This document shows positions 18,501-26,971 of a stretch of DNA of 64,000 bases, one piece after another. Source of the DNA: a virus. Location: IMG/VR virus record IMGVR_UViG_3300030329_002830, positions 10,964-74,963 of that record. One strand, 5' to 3'. The notes under the pieces are model-generated. The model did not search any database, was not told the DNA's origin, and saw only the letters and a program-made list of their open reading frames with translations. Numbering within the stretch: the first letter of the stretch is position 1; each line of letters opens with the position of its first letter. A program made the translations under genes and the position numbers.

Positions 18501-21500
18501 CGCACCTTGCCGCTTCTCTTTGCGGCAATCTTGGACATTGTGTTGACTGCGTTGACCATGGCGTGGCCAAGGGTCGGTGAGATGTTCTCTGCGTAGCGGG
18601 TAGCTCTGGCCGACACGCCAGCCTCAACATCAATCATGACCTCAAGGATTCGGTTGTATTGCTCAACACCCATAAGAGTAAAGTCAGCAGCACCGTCGAG
18701 CATGAAGTCAGGCATGATGTTGGACATTGGTTCGGCGCCAAGCTCATGAACCAGCGTCTTCATTCCGGCAGCCTGTGCTGGAGATAGCTCGATAATCGGC
18801 TGGTCGTACCGCATGGTAAACCCAGGCTGCGCACCGAGCCTCCGAGACACGTCCTCCGGCAAAGACTCATTGGCATTGTATGTCTTGAGGTTCTTCGGGT
18901 GGTCTCCCAGGGCGGCAGCAATGCGATGCTTTACAGAGCGCTCAATGCGCTTCATCCGTGACCTCGGAATGAATGTGCGCTTCGTCAAGCGAACCCACTC
19001 ATCACCAATAAGGCCACGCTTAAAGTGCTCTGTAGCCACGTATGCGATGGCATTGTTGACTACCTCAACAACATCAACTTCTGCACTGACGGGACGCCGC
19101 CGTGGAGCCCACTCATGTACGTCTGGGTTCGCGCTGATGTCTTCAAAGTACACCTCAGACTTACCGCCAAGAGCTTGCCTCACACTTTCTGGCCGCAGGT
19201 CAACCCGCGCAGCTTCACGCGCACGACCAGCCTTCTTAACGGCCTCTGCTTCAATTCTTGCCGCGCGAGCCGGGTCAACAACAACCGTGGGATGGCGCTT
19301 CTTCATCACCTGGGCCTGAGTCGTTGACGCATACTGCCGGACTTGTTGATCTGGGCGCAACCACCGATCCCAAAGGTCTTTCATTTCCCTTGGGATGGCT
19401 GGATCTTGACCGCGAAGTCGCCGCCATATCTCTTTAATGGACCAAAGAAGCTGCTCAAACAGCCGCTTGACGGGGCCGGAGGGCGAGAACTTCGACTGCA
19501 TGTAGTGCATCCATGCATCAGCAAGTTGCTCCTCACCAAAGTCCGTCAGCCTGTATGTTCCATCCGGCATGACCTCGTGTTCAAAATGGCGAACAAGCTT
19601 GTTCATCCACTTGTTGCCCATGATGGCAGACACAAGGTGGCCGGACTCATGCCAAAGCGTGTTGATGTCGCCATTGCGGAACAGGGCAACGACGTACTTG
19701 GCGGCTACGGGATCCCACTCAAAATATCCGAGAGCCTCGCCCTCACCCATCATGTAGCGGACTCGCGGGTCAGCCGGGTCGAACGTGCCACGGTTGAACT
19801 TGGACTTGATCTGAGTGGGCTCGAAGACCATGTAGTGGTACGTCCCAGGCTTTACGCCCTCCATACCACGCCGCGTTACGCCAAACTGCTTTCTTGGGCC
19901 GAAGTGATAGTGGGCATCCGCAACGATACCGTCGAATCCCATGCGCTCAAAGACAACACGCATGAACTCCGCGTTTGCGGTGTTTCCAGTGTCTGGATCA
20001 TCAATGAACCAGTCGCCCTCGCGAATACGATCCATCAAAGTGGTTGCGTCAATCTCACCATCCGCCAAGTCATCAAACAATGACTCCTTGAACCGAGCAA
20101 CCTCATCTACGGCGTCAAACTCGGAAGCAACCTCGTCTATTGTTTCGAACAACCGAATGGCGGAGCCTTTTTCATCAACAATGTCGCCAACATCGTCATA
20201 CACATACTCCAACTCGAAGACGGTACGGCCCTTCTTGCCTGACGGGTCGAGGTACACCGGATTTTCCATCTTCAGATAGACGGGCAATACGCTGAACTGC
20301 TGATCGCCTAACGCTGCCTGACGAGCCATTTGCTCAATAATGTCAGACTCATACGCATCAATAAGTCCGTCAGCGTCTTCGGCATCGATAAGACGCCGCA
20401 ACTCTGGCGTCTGCTTTAGTCGACGCGCGGCATCCAAAATGTCAACTTCGTCAAAGTCAGCAAGAGACTCAATCCGATCAATCTCTCGATCAACCCGACT
20501 TTTGATGTCGGGGCCTTCAATCCTTGCGTAGTTTCGATTTACATCAACAACATCATCGCTAAAGTAAATTGACGAGCCAAACGCACCCTCAATATTGCCC
20601 CGCTCAAACGCATCGAAATCCCGTGACGTGCCATGGTAAACAACCAGCGGCTCACCAGCGTCATCGACCACCATGGACCCACCAAACCACCGCCGAAAAG
20701 CCGGGGTCTCGGAAACAGGGGTGACGGGTTCCTCTACCTGTCTTGCAGCAGCCTTTTGACCAAACGAAATTGCTGGCGGGTCGCCATCAAACTTCAGTCG
20801 CTCTCTGGGGAAATCGACAACCCCGAAATCTCTGCGGGCACGCGCTTTAAGGAGTAGAGCTTCTTCAAGAGTAGCTCGCCGTCCAACGTCTGCGATGAGT
20901 CGGTCGAGGGCGACTCTGTCAACACCGGGTCTTGTGAACCAGGGGATTCCGGCAGAGGCGGGGTCTGAGATTTTGAAGCCACGAGGAACAATCCTGTTTT
21001 CTATGTTCTTGTTTTTTGTGTGCTTGTCGAGAACATCATAGTACGCACGCACCGCAGACTGGTCAAGAATGTAGGGGCGACCAGCAGAGTCCTCAAGAAT
21101 GTAGACTCTGCGGCCATCATCCAACGGAACATAGTGCATCCCGTATCGACGCATCGCAAACTTGCCTTCACGGACATAGACGCCGCGTGCTGGCTCACGA
21201 ACATTTAAGGCTTCTCTAAGAAGGATCGAAAGCGTGTTGTGGCCAACCTCTTGACCGCTACTCGCTACCCAGCTTTCCCAGTGAAAACGACCAATAGAAC
21301 CAGCACCCTCGCGACCAACAGCCCGATACGCAGAATCCATGTTGGCAAGAATTGCTTCCTCAATGACTTCATACAAGGCCAGGCCGCGTGCGCCATTTAG
21401 AACCTCTGCCATTCCGCGCTTTGTCGAGATTGGGTGAGGGTTTTTTGCCCAGCGTTGCCACGCCTCTGCTGTTGTCTTCTTGGCAAAGCTTTCGTAGATG

Positions 21501-24500
21501 TCTCTCATTCCGCCATAGTTTCTTGTGGCGCTATCCCAAAAGTGATTCGCTTGAACCCGGTCAATGACCGTGACATCGGTACGACCGGCCACAAGAAGCA
21601 GAAACGATAGGATCTTGTTGTCGACACCAGACTTTTCAACCAAAGAAAAGTAGTTTCGCCTGATCTGCTTCGATGGCATGGACTGATCCAAGATCATGTC
21701 ATGCAGCACCTGAAGCGGAATCTGGCCCGCATTCGGGTGGTCGCTTGGGAGCGGCTTGCTCATCTTAAACAAGAACTGCTTGCCAAAAGAGTTCAGATTG
21801 GCCAGAGCGCCACCACCCGGACCATCAGGGTTGATCACAGGCTTTTGGGCCCTCATGACCTTAGCTTCATCTTTGGTGATTTCACCCGCACTCAACAGAC
21901 GCTTGATTGCATCGGGCTTTTCACTCTTGCTGCCAACCCAAACCAAAAACCTATCAAGCTCAGGACTGCCCTTTGGATACCCATCTGCGGCCTTCGCAAA
22001 ATCACCCCTCGCCGCAGACCGAATGTATGGCTTGACGTTCGCCAAGAATGCATCAATAAAGGCCGCCTCATGCGGGTACGACGAAAGAGACCGGCTCAAG
22101 ATTGACCAAAGCAACAACTGGCCCGTCAGGACTACGTCGGCCTGGCCCGCCTTGTACAAACCACCAATCTGAGACGTAAGCTCAACACCGAAGTTGGCCT
22201 CCTCAATCTGGCCAGGAGTCAGCCTCTTGAGCAACGACACCATGGAGTTTGGGTCTGTAAGGTATTCCCGCGCCTTCCAAGGCGGCTGAAGCACCTGCTT
22301 GTTGCCAGTTACAGCGGACCAAAACTTGTTCCATAGCCGGTCATTTTCAATCGGGTTGACATCGCCAAGCCCGGCACGAATTTCATCAATACGCTCAAAT
22401 GATGCCTTTGCATTTCGAGGTGACGTTCCATACGGAACTGGCCGCTCAAGGTTGGCGTCACTTACGCGAGTCGTGCGAGTAAGCGCAGATGGTACACCAG
22501 AACCTCTTGGCGAGATGTCCGTGTACCTCTCTATTAGCTCATTAATCCTTTCCTGCGGAATCTTCGGAACATCTTTAGTCTTGCCTTTGGCGAACTCTTT
22601 ATTCATGTACCCATTAAGGGTCTCTGCAAGAACCTGTACCCTTTGGGATGCGCTGATTTCATCCACAGAGGTCTTTCCAGTCATCTCCGCAAGACGCTTC
22701 TTGAAGAAAGCATCCTTGTCTGGGTTGATTCGAAGATCACCAAGAACACCACGCAGGTCCTCCAAAGACACCGCGCGAGTAACGCCGGAGCCCTGCACGC
22801 CAAGCGGGTAGCCCTTTAGGTTCTTTGCGGGCTGGCCCTGAACGCTGACGACAATCTCCAGGTCATCAAGAGAGCCAAGCATCCAGACATCATCAGCCCG
22901 GACTGGAACCTCAACCATAACCAAGTTCTTTTGGCTTCTGCGGGTGTGGTGACGCTTAAGCGCATGAGACCCCTCTGGGGTCAGAGAAACGCTAACAGGG
23001 CCAGACACACGGCCATTTCTCCATGCTTTAAGCATGGTTTTCGACATCAAAGCATAGCCATTGAATGTTTCGCCAAGGCGCTCCTTAAGCACAGAAGACA
23101 AAGCCTGTCGATATTCGCCAAACCCATCATGCTGGGCGGCGTCTTTTGCAATCTTCTGCCCGCGAGAAGCCCGATTGGTCTTAGTGTATTCAGCTTCAAT
23201 CGGGCGAAGCTTGTCGGGAACATCGACGCGAGCCAAGTCACTCATCGTGTCCAATGTAGACTTGTATGGTGCAGGGTTCAGGTCTGGGATCTCATCGGAA
23301 AGCTGAAATCTTGCGAACTGTCCCGGCGTTCCATCACGTTGAACTCGAATGACATTGTCGAAGAACTCATTAACGGAGGCAATCGGAACGTCTGGATCAG
23401 ACGCCATCCTGGCCGCAAGTGTTTCAAAGACGGCTTTAATCATGGGATTTGCACGAGCATCCCACCGACCATCCTGCGCAAACTCATCCAGCGTCCTGGA
23501 GAAGTCTTGATACCCCTGACCCTGCCTCATTGCCCGGTCGGTTGGCGCATTTCCGCTGGCAGCCATGTCACGAGCGCGCGTGAAAACATCCCGACCCTGA
23601 CGCACAGTGTCAGCATAAACACCAAGAGCTTCTTCAGGCTCAATCCCGTAAACACGTAGCGCTTCGCTTACTTGGTCTTTTGTGTTTGATGGAAGAATAT
23701 CAAGGGGACTTTTGCCCTGTGCTACTGCTGAATCAGCGGCTGCCTTGTAGAAGTGATTGGCAGCCGTGACTGCATCAGCATCTTCAAGCCCATATCGGTG
23801 CTTGTAGGCCCACGGAGACATCCCCGCCAGGAAACCTTGCGGGCCAATTCCAGCCTTTTGGCCAGCCTTGGCAAGTCGAACGGCCTGCATTGGCTGAACA
23901 ACGCCTGTCCGAACCATCCTGCCAGCAGTCTTCAAGAATGGAGTTTCCCACGGCGTTCCAAAATCAGCAAGAATTGAAAGGTAATTTCCCGCAACATACC
24001 CTTCATCATCCGTGGACATCCCCTGTGTCTTCATGATGTCCGTGATGCGAGGCTGAACACCGACCTCTCCAGTCCCGATTCTGGCCAGCGCAATAGCGGC
24101 AACACCCATCGGGCTGTCGGGCGCACGCAAGAGACCTTCGGTATCACCGATAAGCCCCGCATAAGCCTCCATCGGGGCCAAGTATACTTCCGGCGCGGCG
24201 CCACCCAGCCAGCGGAACCACTTTGAGCCAGTTGACTCTACAACGTACAGGTTGCCCTCATGCTCCTCCACGTCCATCATTGTGCGCTGAATCCAATGCT
24301 GCAAGGTCCGCATCTGGTCGCCACCGCTGGCATCAACGGCTTTAAGCTTTCTTTCAGCCCACTCTTCAAGCTCTGGCATGGTCGGAATCGCGCCATTGAC
24401 GGACGCATACATCCCAGGAACCATCGCAAAAGACCCAATGGCCAACTTGTTTAGCTCCTCCCTGACCGTATTGTTCGACTTCCCCTCTTTGGCCATTCGA

Positions 24501-26005
24501 ATGGCTTTGGCCATGCCGGGTGAACTGCGCTCGATTTGGAGAACCTCAATGTCGCTCTCAGACATAGAGGTCGCGACTTTCTTAAACTCAAATACATTCA
24601 ACTTGCCGCGAGCAAGACCCTGGCTCTCCAGGTCATTGTATGTGGTCGTGTCGAGCAACATCACAAAAGCAGACCGAAGCTCTTTTTCCTTCTTGGGGTT
24701 CGCCTTTATCTGCTTTGAAATCTCGTACATTGCGCGCAAGTTTTCAGGGATCTTTGCGTCCTGAATGTACTGCTCACGCTCCTGAAAGACTTCAGGCTCG
24801 TCGTCAATGGTTGCCGCAAGCGCTTTTCCAGCACCTATTGGACCAGCAACGAGATGACCCGCCAAAACGCCAGCGGCGTGGTCGGGCGTAACTGCTTCAC
24901 GATACTCATCTGAAAGGGCGGCCCGGCCAACACGTACAGCCGCATCCTCAAGCGCAAACCGCAGCCCCTCAGTTAGTCCAGCCGATGTAAAGTCAATGAT
25001 TCTCTCTGGAACACTGGTTCCACGAGTACCAGCCAACTCGGCGCGCTCTATTTCGTCGGCTCTCTCTTCAAACGCTTGCCTCGCTTCTTGAACGTATTGA
25101 TCTGGGTCCTCGACACCCAACCGCTCAGCGGCACCGACAGCAGCATCAAGCGCAATAGCGCCCATCCAACCACCGAGCTTTTCAAAAAACATCGACGCTT
25201 CTGGAACGCTGGCGTAGTGCGCAGTGCGCCTGGCAACACCATCAATGAATCGACCATCGGTTTGCATTTCAAGAGACGCAAGAGAGCCAACACCAGCGCC
25301 AATCATCGCACCCGTATATCCGCCAACCTTAGCACCAAGCGCAAGCCCGGCAGCCGGCAAGATGTACCCCTCACCGTACTTTCCACCAATTGATGGACCC
25401 TTCTCCTCGCCCTCCGGGGTCCACATCTCATTAAGTGGATCGACTTCCTCAAGGGGAACTCTCCGGTCAGGAAGAAGCTCCTCATGGGCAACCTCCAAAG
25501 CCAGCTTCCAACCCTCAAGGTAGTCACCCTTTTCGGCGTTCTCTTCAAGAATCCCCTCGATCTTGTCCGCTTTGTTTTGCAGCCCAGCAATGCGCTGCGC
25601 TGTGCCGGTCAGCGTCGGCCTGGAACCAATGGACTTGGTTCTGGTGGTCATAGCCCCGATGCCGCGCGGCCTTGGTACACCGATATACCTCAAGTCCTCT
25701 ACCAACTCCTGAACCTTTTTCTTTCTCTCTTCCTCATCCATGTTTTCATGCTGTTCGGCATAGTAGAGTTCTGCTTGCTCTTCCAAGACAAGCAGAAGAC
25801 CCTCAGATAGAGCCGGGTCGGGCTCCAATACGGGAGGAGCGGTTCGAGTTTCCTCGAAGTCGGGCGGCTCAAGGTCTTCGAAGACTATCGGCTCATCTAC
25901 TGGCCCAGTAGTCGGAACAATGTCTTGGGCGTCTGCTTTTAGATCTGCAAGAATGTCGTCTTCAAAAGAAATCGGCGCATTGGTATCATCTGAACGTGAA
26001 GGCAC
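15503..26005 (-). CDS. 3500-aa large polyvalent (ejected internal virion) protein
   Basis: ART-PolyVal-like domain (FRRWFG..VVYHGT..VYLKMENP..GFDGI..VFEPTQIKS..GTFD), zincin HESGH, HhH-GPD-like segment, LPD38-like C-terminus (AGFDYSDLTEFER..MFY). Confidence 0.85.
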   Translation of the reverse strand: MPSRSDDTNAPISFEDDILADLKADAQDIVPTTGPVDEPIVFEDLEPPDFEETRTAPPVLEPDPALSEGLLLVLEEQAELYYAEQHENMDEEERKKKVQELVEDLRYIGVPRPRGIGAMTTRTKSIGSRPTLTGTAQRIAGLQNKADKIEGILEENAEKGDYLEGWKLALEVAHEELLPDRRVPLEEVDPLNEMWTPEGEEKGPSIGGKYGEGYILPAAGLALGAKVGGYTGAMIGAGVGSLASLEMQTDGRFIDGVARRTAHYASVPEASMFFEKLGGWMGAIALDAAVGAAERLGVEDPDQYVQEARQAFEERADEIERAELAGTRGTSVPERIIDFTSAGLTEGLRFALEDAAVRVGRAALSDEYREAVTPDHAAGVLAGHLVAGPIGAGKALAATIDDEPEVFQEREQYIQDAKIPENLRAMYEISKQIKANPKKEKELRSAFVMLLDTTTYNDLESQGLARGKLNVFEFKKVATSMSESDIEVLQIERSSPGMAKAIRMAKEGKSNNTVREELNKLAIGSFAMVPGMYASVNGAIPTMPELEEWAERKLKAVDASGGDQMRTLQHWIQRTMMDVEEHEGNLYVVESTGSKWFRWLGGAAPEVYLAPMEAYAGLIGDTEGLLRAPDSPMGVAAIALARIGTGEVGVQPRITDIMKTQGMSTDDEGYVAGNYLSILADFGTPWETPFLKTAGRMVRTGVVQPMQAVRLAKAGQKAGIGPQGFLAGMSPWAYKHRYGLEDADAVTAANHFYKAAADSAVAQGKSPLDILPSNTKDQVSEALRVYGIEPEEALGVYADTVRQGRDVFTRARDMAASGNAPTDRAMRQGQGYQDFSRTLDEFAQDGRWDARANPMIKAVFETLAARMASDPDVPIASVNEFFDNVIRVQRDGTPGQFARFQLSDEIPDLNPAPYKSTLDTMSDLARVDVPDKLRPIEAEYTKTNRASRGQKIAKDAAQHDGFGEYRQALSSVLKERLGETFNGYALMSKTMLKAWRNGRVSGPVSVSLTPEGSHALKRHHTRRSQKNLVMVEVPVRADDVWMLGSLDDLEIVVSVQGQPAKNLKGYPLGVQGSGVTRAVSLEDLRGVLGDLRINPDKDAFFKKRLAEMTGKTSVDEISASQRVQVLAETLNGYMNKEFAKGKTKDVPKIPQERINELIERYTDISPRGSGVPSALTRTTRVSDANLERPVPYGTSPRNAKASFERIDEIRAGLGDVNPIENDRLWNKFWSAVTGNKQVLQPPWKAREYLTDPNSMVSLLKRLTPGQIEEANFGVELTSQIGGLYKAGQADVVLTGQLLLWSILSRSLSSYPHEAAFIDAFLANVKPYIRSAARGDFAKAADGYPKGSPELDRFLVWVGSKSEKPDAIKRLLSAGEITKDEAKVMRAQKPVINPDGPGGGALANLNSFGKQFLFKMSKPLPSDHPNAGQIPLQVLHDMILDQSMPSKQIRRNYFSLVEKSGVDNKILSFLLLVAGRTDVTVIDRVQANHFWDSATRNYGGMRDIYESFAKKTTAEAWQRWAKNPHPISTKRGMAEVLNGARGLALYEVIEEAILANMDSAYRAVGREGAGSIGRFHWESWVASSGQEVGHNTLSILLREALNVREPARGVYVREGKFAMRRYGMHYVPLDDGRRVYILEDSAGRPYILDQSAVRAYYDVLDKHTKNKNIENRIVPRGFKISDPASAGIPWFTRPGVDRVALDRLIADVGRRATLEEALLLKARARRDFGVVDFPRERLKFDGDPPAISFGQKAAARQVEEPVTPVSETPAFRRWFGGSMVVDDAGEPLVVYHGTSRDFDAFERGNIEGAFGSSIYFSDDVVDVNRNYARIEGPDIKSRVDREIDRIESLADFDEVDILDAARRLKQTPELRRLIDAEDADGLIDAYESDIIEQMARQAALGDQQFSVLPVYLKMENPVYLDPSGKKGRTVFELEYVYDDVGDIVDEKGSAIRLFETIDEVASEFDAVDEVARFKESLFDDLADGEIDATTLMDRIREGDWFIDDPDTGNTANAEFMRVVFERMGFDGIVADAHYHFGPRKQFGVTRRGMEGVKPGTYHYMVFEPTQIKSKFNRGTFDPADPRVRYMMGEGEALGYFEWDPVAAKYVVALFRNGDINTLWHESGHLVSAIMGNKWMNKLVRHFEHEVMPDGTYRLTDFGEEQLADAWMHYMQSKFSPSGPVKRLFEQLLWSIKEIWRRLRGQDPAIPREMKDLWDRWLRPDQQVRQYASTTQAQVMKKRHPTVVVDPARAARIEAEAVKKAGRAREAARVDLRPESVRQALGGKSEVYFEDISANPDVHEWAPRRRPVSAEVDVVEVVNNAIAYVATEHFKRGLIGDEWVRLTKRTFIPRSRMKRIERSVKHRIAAALGDHPKNLKTYNANESLPEDVSRRLGAQPGFTMRYDQPIIELSPAQAAGMKTLVHELGAEPMSNIMPDFMLDGAADFTLMGVEQYNRILEVMIDVEAGVSARATRYAENISPTLGHAMVNAVNTMSKIAAKRSGKVRTIRNKIIENFKTSGFGDDYIDPVPRGVVQESLRELNTIDRWLLQMADRAIKTDNATVWREVYKSMIGQLVAPVNVGDTSRLFGLVDRLSGVLEAESRRLGRMQRGEIASGDEVAQLTRMEINDQLDAIQGLLQNSNGLTDHERSALRILRTYEDTPTEALTDADLYAIGDGIREIHHGLWTRKEDVVSRAKEIIMSLEGTSDANLLIERAEIEYRMVYDWFYNGDFESLFDWAGLRGRDIGASPEAIPEYDQSLAMLEMVARMRANEIVSKMTRNLAEYGVTLDARKMTEHRKFGPGTSLDRDKFVDRVAFYINKEMSWDSNAFLRRKTDTTPAKYDPAPAPPNNMFNLHDLPEDAGPGRWGIGTKDMVAYTKAHDLLAGWGFKLGKGKWQRYTMPDGTEALVPLMLIKEIEDAVSRATNVGQAWTGWAGKGRVLKSARGNVALESPTEKTKSVRAQLHLAKAFDTIMDLNPVTASRIKMGVTTGLGLPNPAYYAGVSLGALFQAYQTQGFFAAGKYLAKMPGSFLKMVGRRPDMVGAVVARMWKEGGYTPHAPAIVTRFGQVYTDDMIGHLAIRHGMKSSFIQAETAQAISRDIEQRMPKLAGFIRRSPKWWQQNMIETATAIDNYFRVSIFVDELAMGKSPSAAADIARKAGFDYSDLTEFERKFMRNTVMFYSYQRKNIDLFWDTFLRNPQRLIAQMRLIRGSQRLVLDEEDPLLVLPEWMDTRLFAGSIGNYHNQHRQKGTAFLLPMLPVEDAIRLMADIYDVAAFKESQRGKDAFRGLVSRATPWVQAPFIVAGEKDFYFGYDINRNNVVPAWLIELDANMFGGQLYEFLEVKWEPVDNKAYEDAPGRGRYVATNGTHWWMWRNLLQIPGAGRSMDTISAMDRANLGPVETAVELSALFREHARHPLEEAGWLEAPTARRMVGGEGWRGDTMLPRPNLYEDDPTDFSILEFYGLMGARPKPLEHEYAREAKLYKDQIYVLERALKEYEPSEPE

Positions 26006-26041
26006 TGCGCTATCTCCTGTGCAGCAATCATATCAAGTTTG

Positions 26042-26971
26042 CTACTCAGATGGCAAAAGTCTAATTGTGCCCGTACTGGGGTCAAACTCATACCGACCGC
26101 TACTACCTTTTGGCGATATGATTTGGGTTCCTGAGCCTTCCCCAGAGGTGAGCAGTTCAATGCGGCCCCCCGTCTGGCCGGGTGTTATCGGAAGCGTTTC
26201 AATGCGGCCCCCCGTCTGGCCGGGTCTTATCGGAAGCGTTTCAAAGTACGGATTCTCGCTCATCCCCTCAATCAAAACGTCTTCGCTGCCCCCGCCCTCT
26301 TCCTCGCTACCTGGACCATGCTTCATGACCCACCCGCCGGGTATCCCCAGGCGCCTTCTTGTGTGGCGAGCACGCTTTTCAACCAAGTCCATGTAGTCGC
26401 CAGCGGTTCTGATTCCCTTGTTCTGACGCTTAAAACGCTCAAGGCTTGACGGTGCGTTTCGACGATACCAGTCTTCAATGTCGTAGTCACGACCCTTGCC
26501 CAGAGCCCTGGGAAAGAACACAGCCATGCCAAGGTCACCAGCAGTCTTCATTCTGCCCTTGTACGGCATCAGATAGCTGCGAACAAAGTGCAACTGCATG
26601 TCCGAGTCCATGTTCTTGAAAGCTTCTTCTGCTTCGTCTTGTTGTTTGCGAGACCACACCTGCCGTTTTCCGCGAACCGTTGGCTCAAAGCCAACAAACC
26701 CGGCCTCATTTAGCAGGCGGGCAGCAGTCTTCGGCATGAACTGAATCAGGCCAACAGCACCACTGCCGGCAAGGTTCGGCTGGGCCGGGTCGAATGTGCC
26801 TCTTGTCTCGGTATCAATCTGATTGGCCAGAATCATTGGGTCGATTTCGAGATCGTCGGCAACCTCAACAAGCCGATTGGCAAAGTCTGGTCCAATCTTA
26901 TCACCATACGCCTCCAGAATTCCGCCCGCGCGAGCCTGAATGTCTGGCGTATATCGACCTGGAGCAGCCAT
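26042..26971 (-). CDS. Virion lytic transglycosylase/lysozyme-fold protein
   Basis: ETRGTFDP...SGAVGLIQFMPKTA...QLHFVRSYL. Confidence 0.85.
   Translation of the reverse strand: MAAPGRYTPDIQARAGGILEAYGDKIGPDFANRLVEVADDLEIDPMILANQIDTETRGTFDPAQPNLAGSGAVGLIQFMPKTAARLLNEAGFVGFEPTVRGKRQVWSRKQQDEAEEAFKNMDSDMQLHFVRSYLMPYKGRMKTAGDLGMAVFFPRALGKGRDYDIEDWYRRNAPSSLERFKRQNKGIRTAGDYMDLVEKRARHTRRRLGIPGGWVMKHGPGSEEEGGGSEDVLIEGMSENPYFETLPIRPGQTGGRIETLPITPGQTGGRIELLTSGEGSGTQIISPKGSSGRYEFDPSTGTIRLLPSE
26156..26244. repeat. 42-bp tandem duplication (ETLPIxPGQTGGRI x2)
   Basis: Two near-identical copies, seen directly. Confidence 0.9.

Noticed and set aside
15503-26005. Giant ORF as a virion RNA polymerase (N4/crAss type) or tape measure
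   Set aside because: No DxDGD-type or single-subunit RNAP motifs were seen, and there are no tail tube genes. The domains fit a polyvalent protein.
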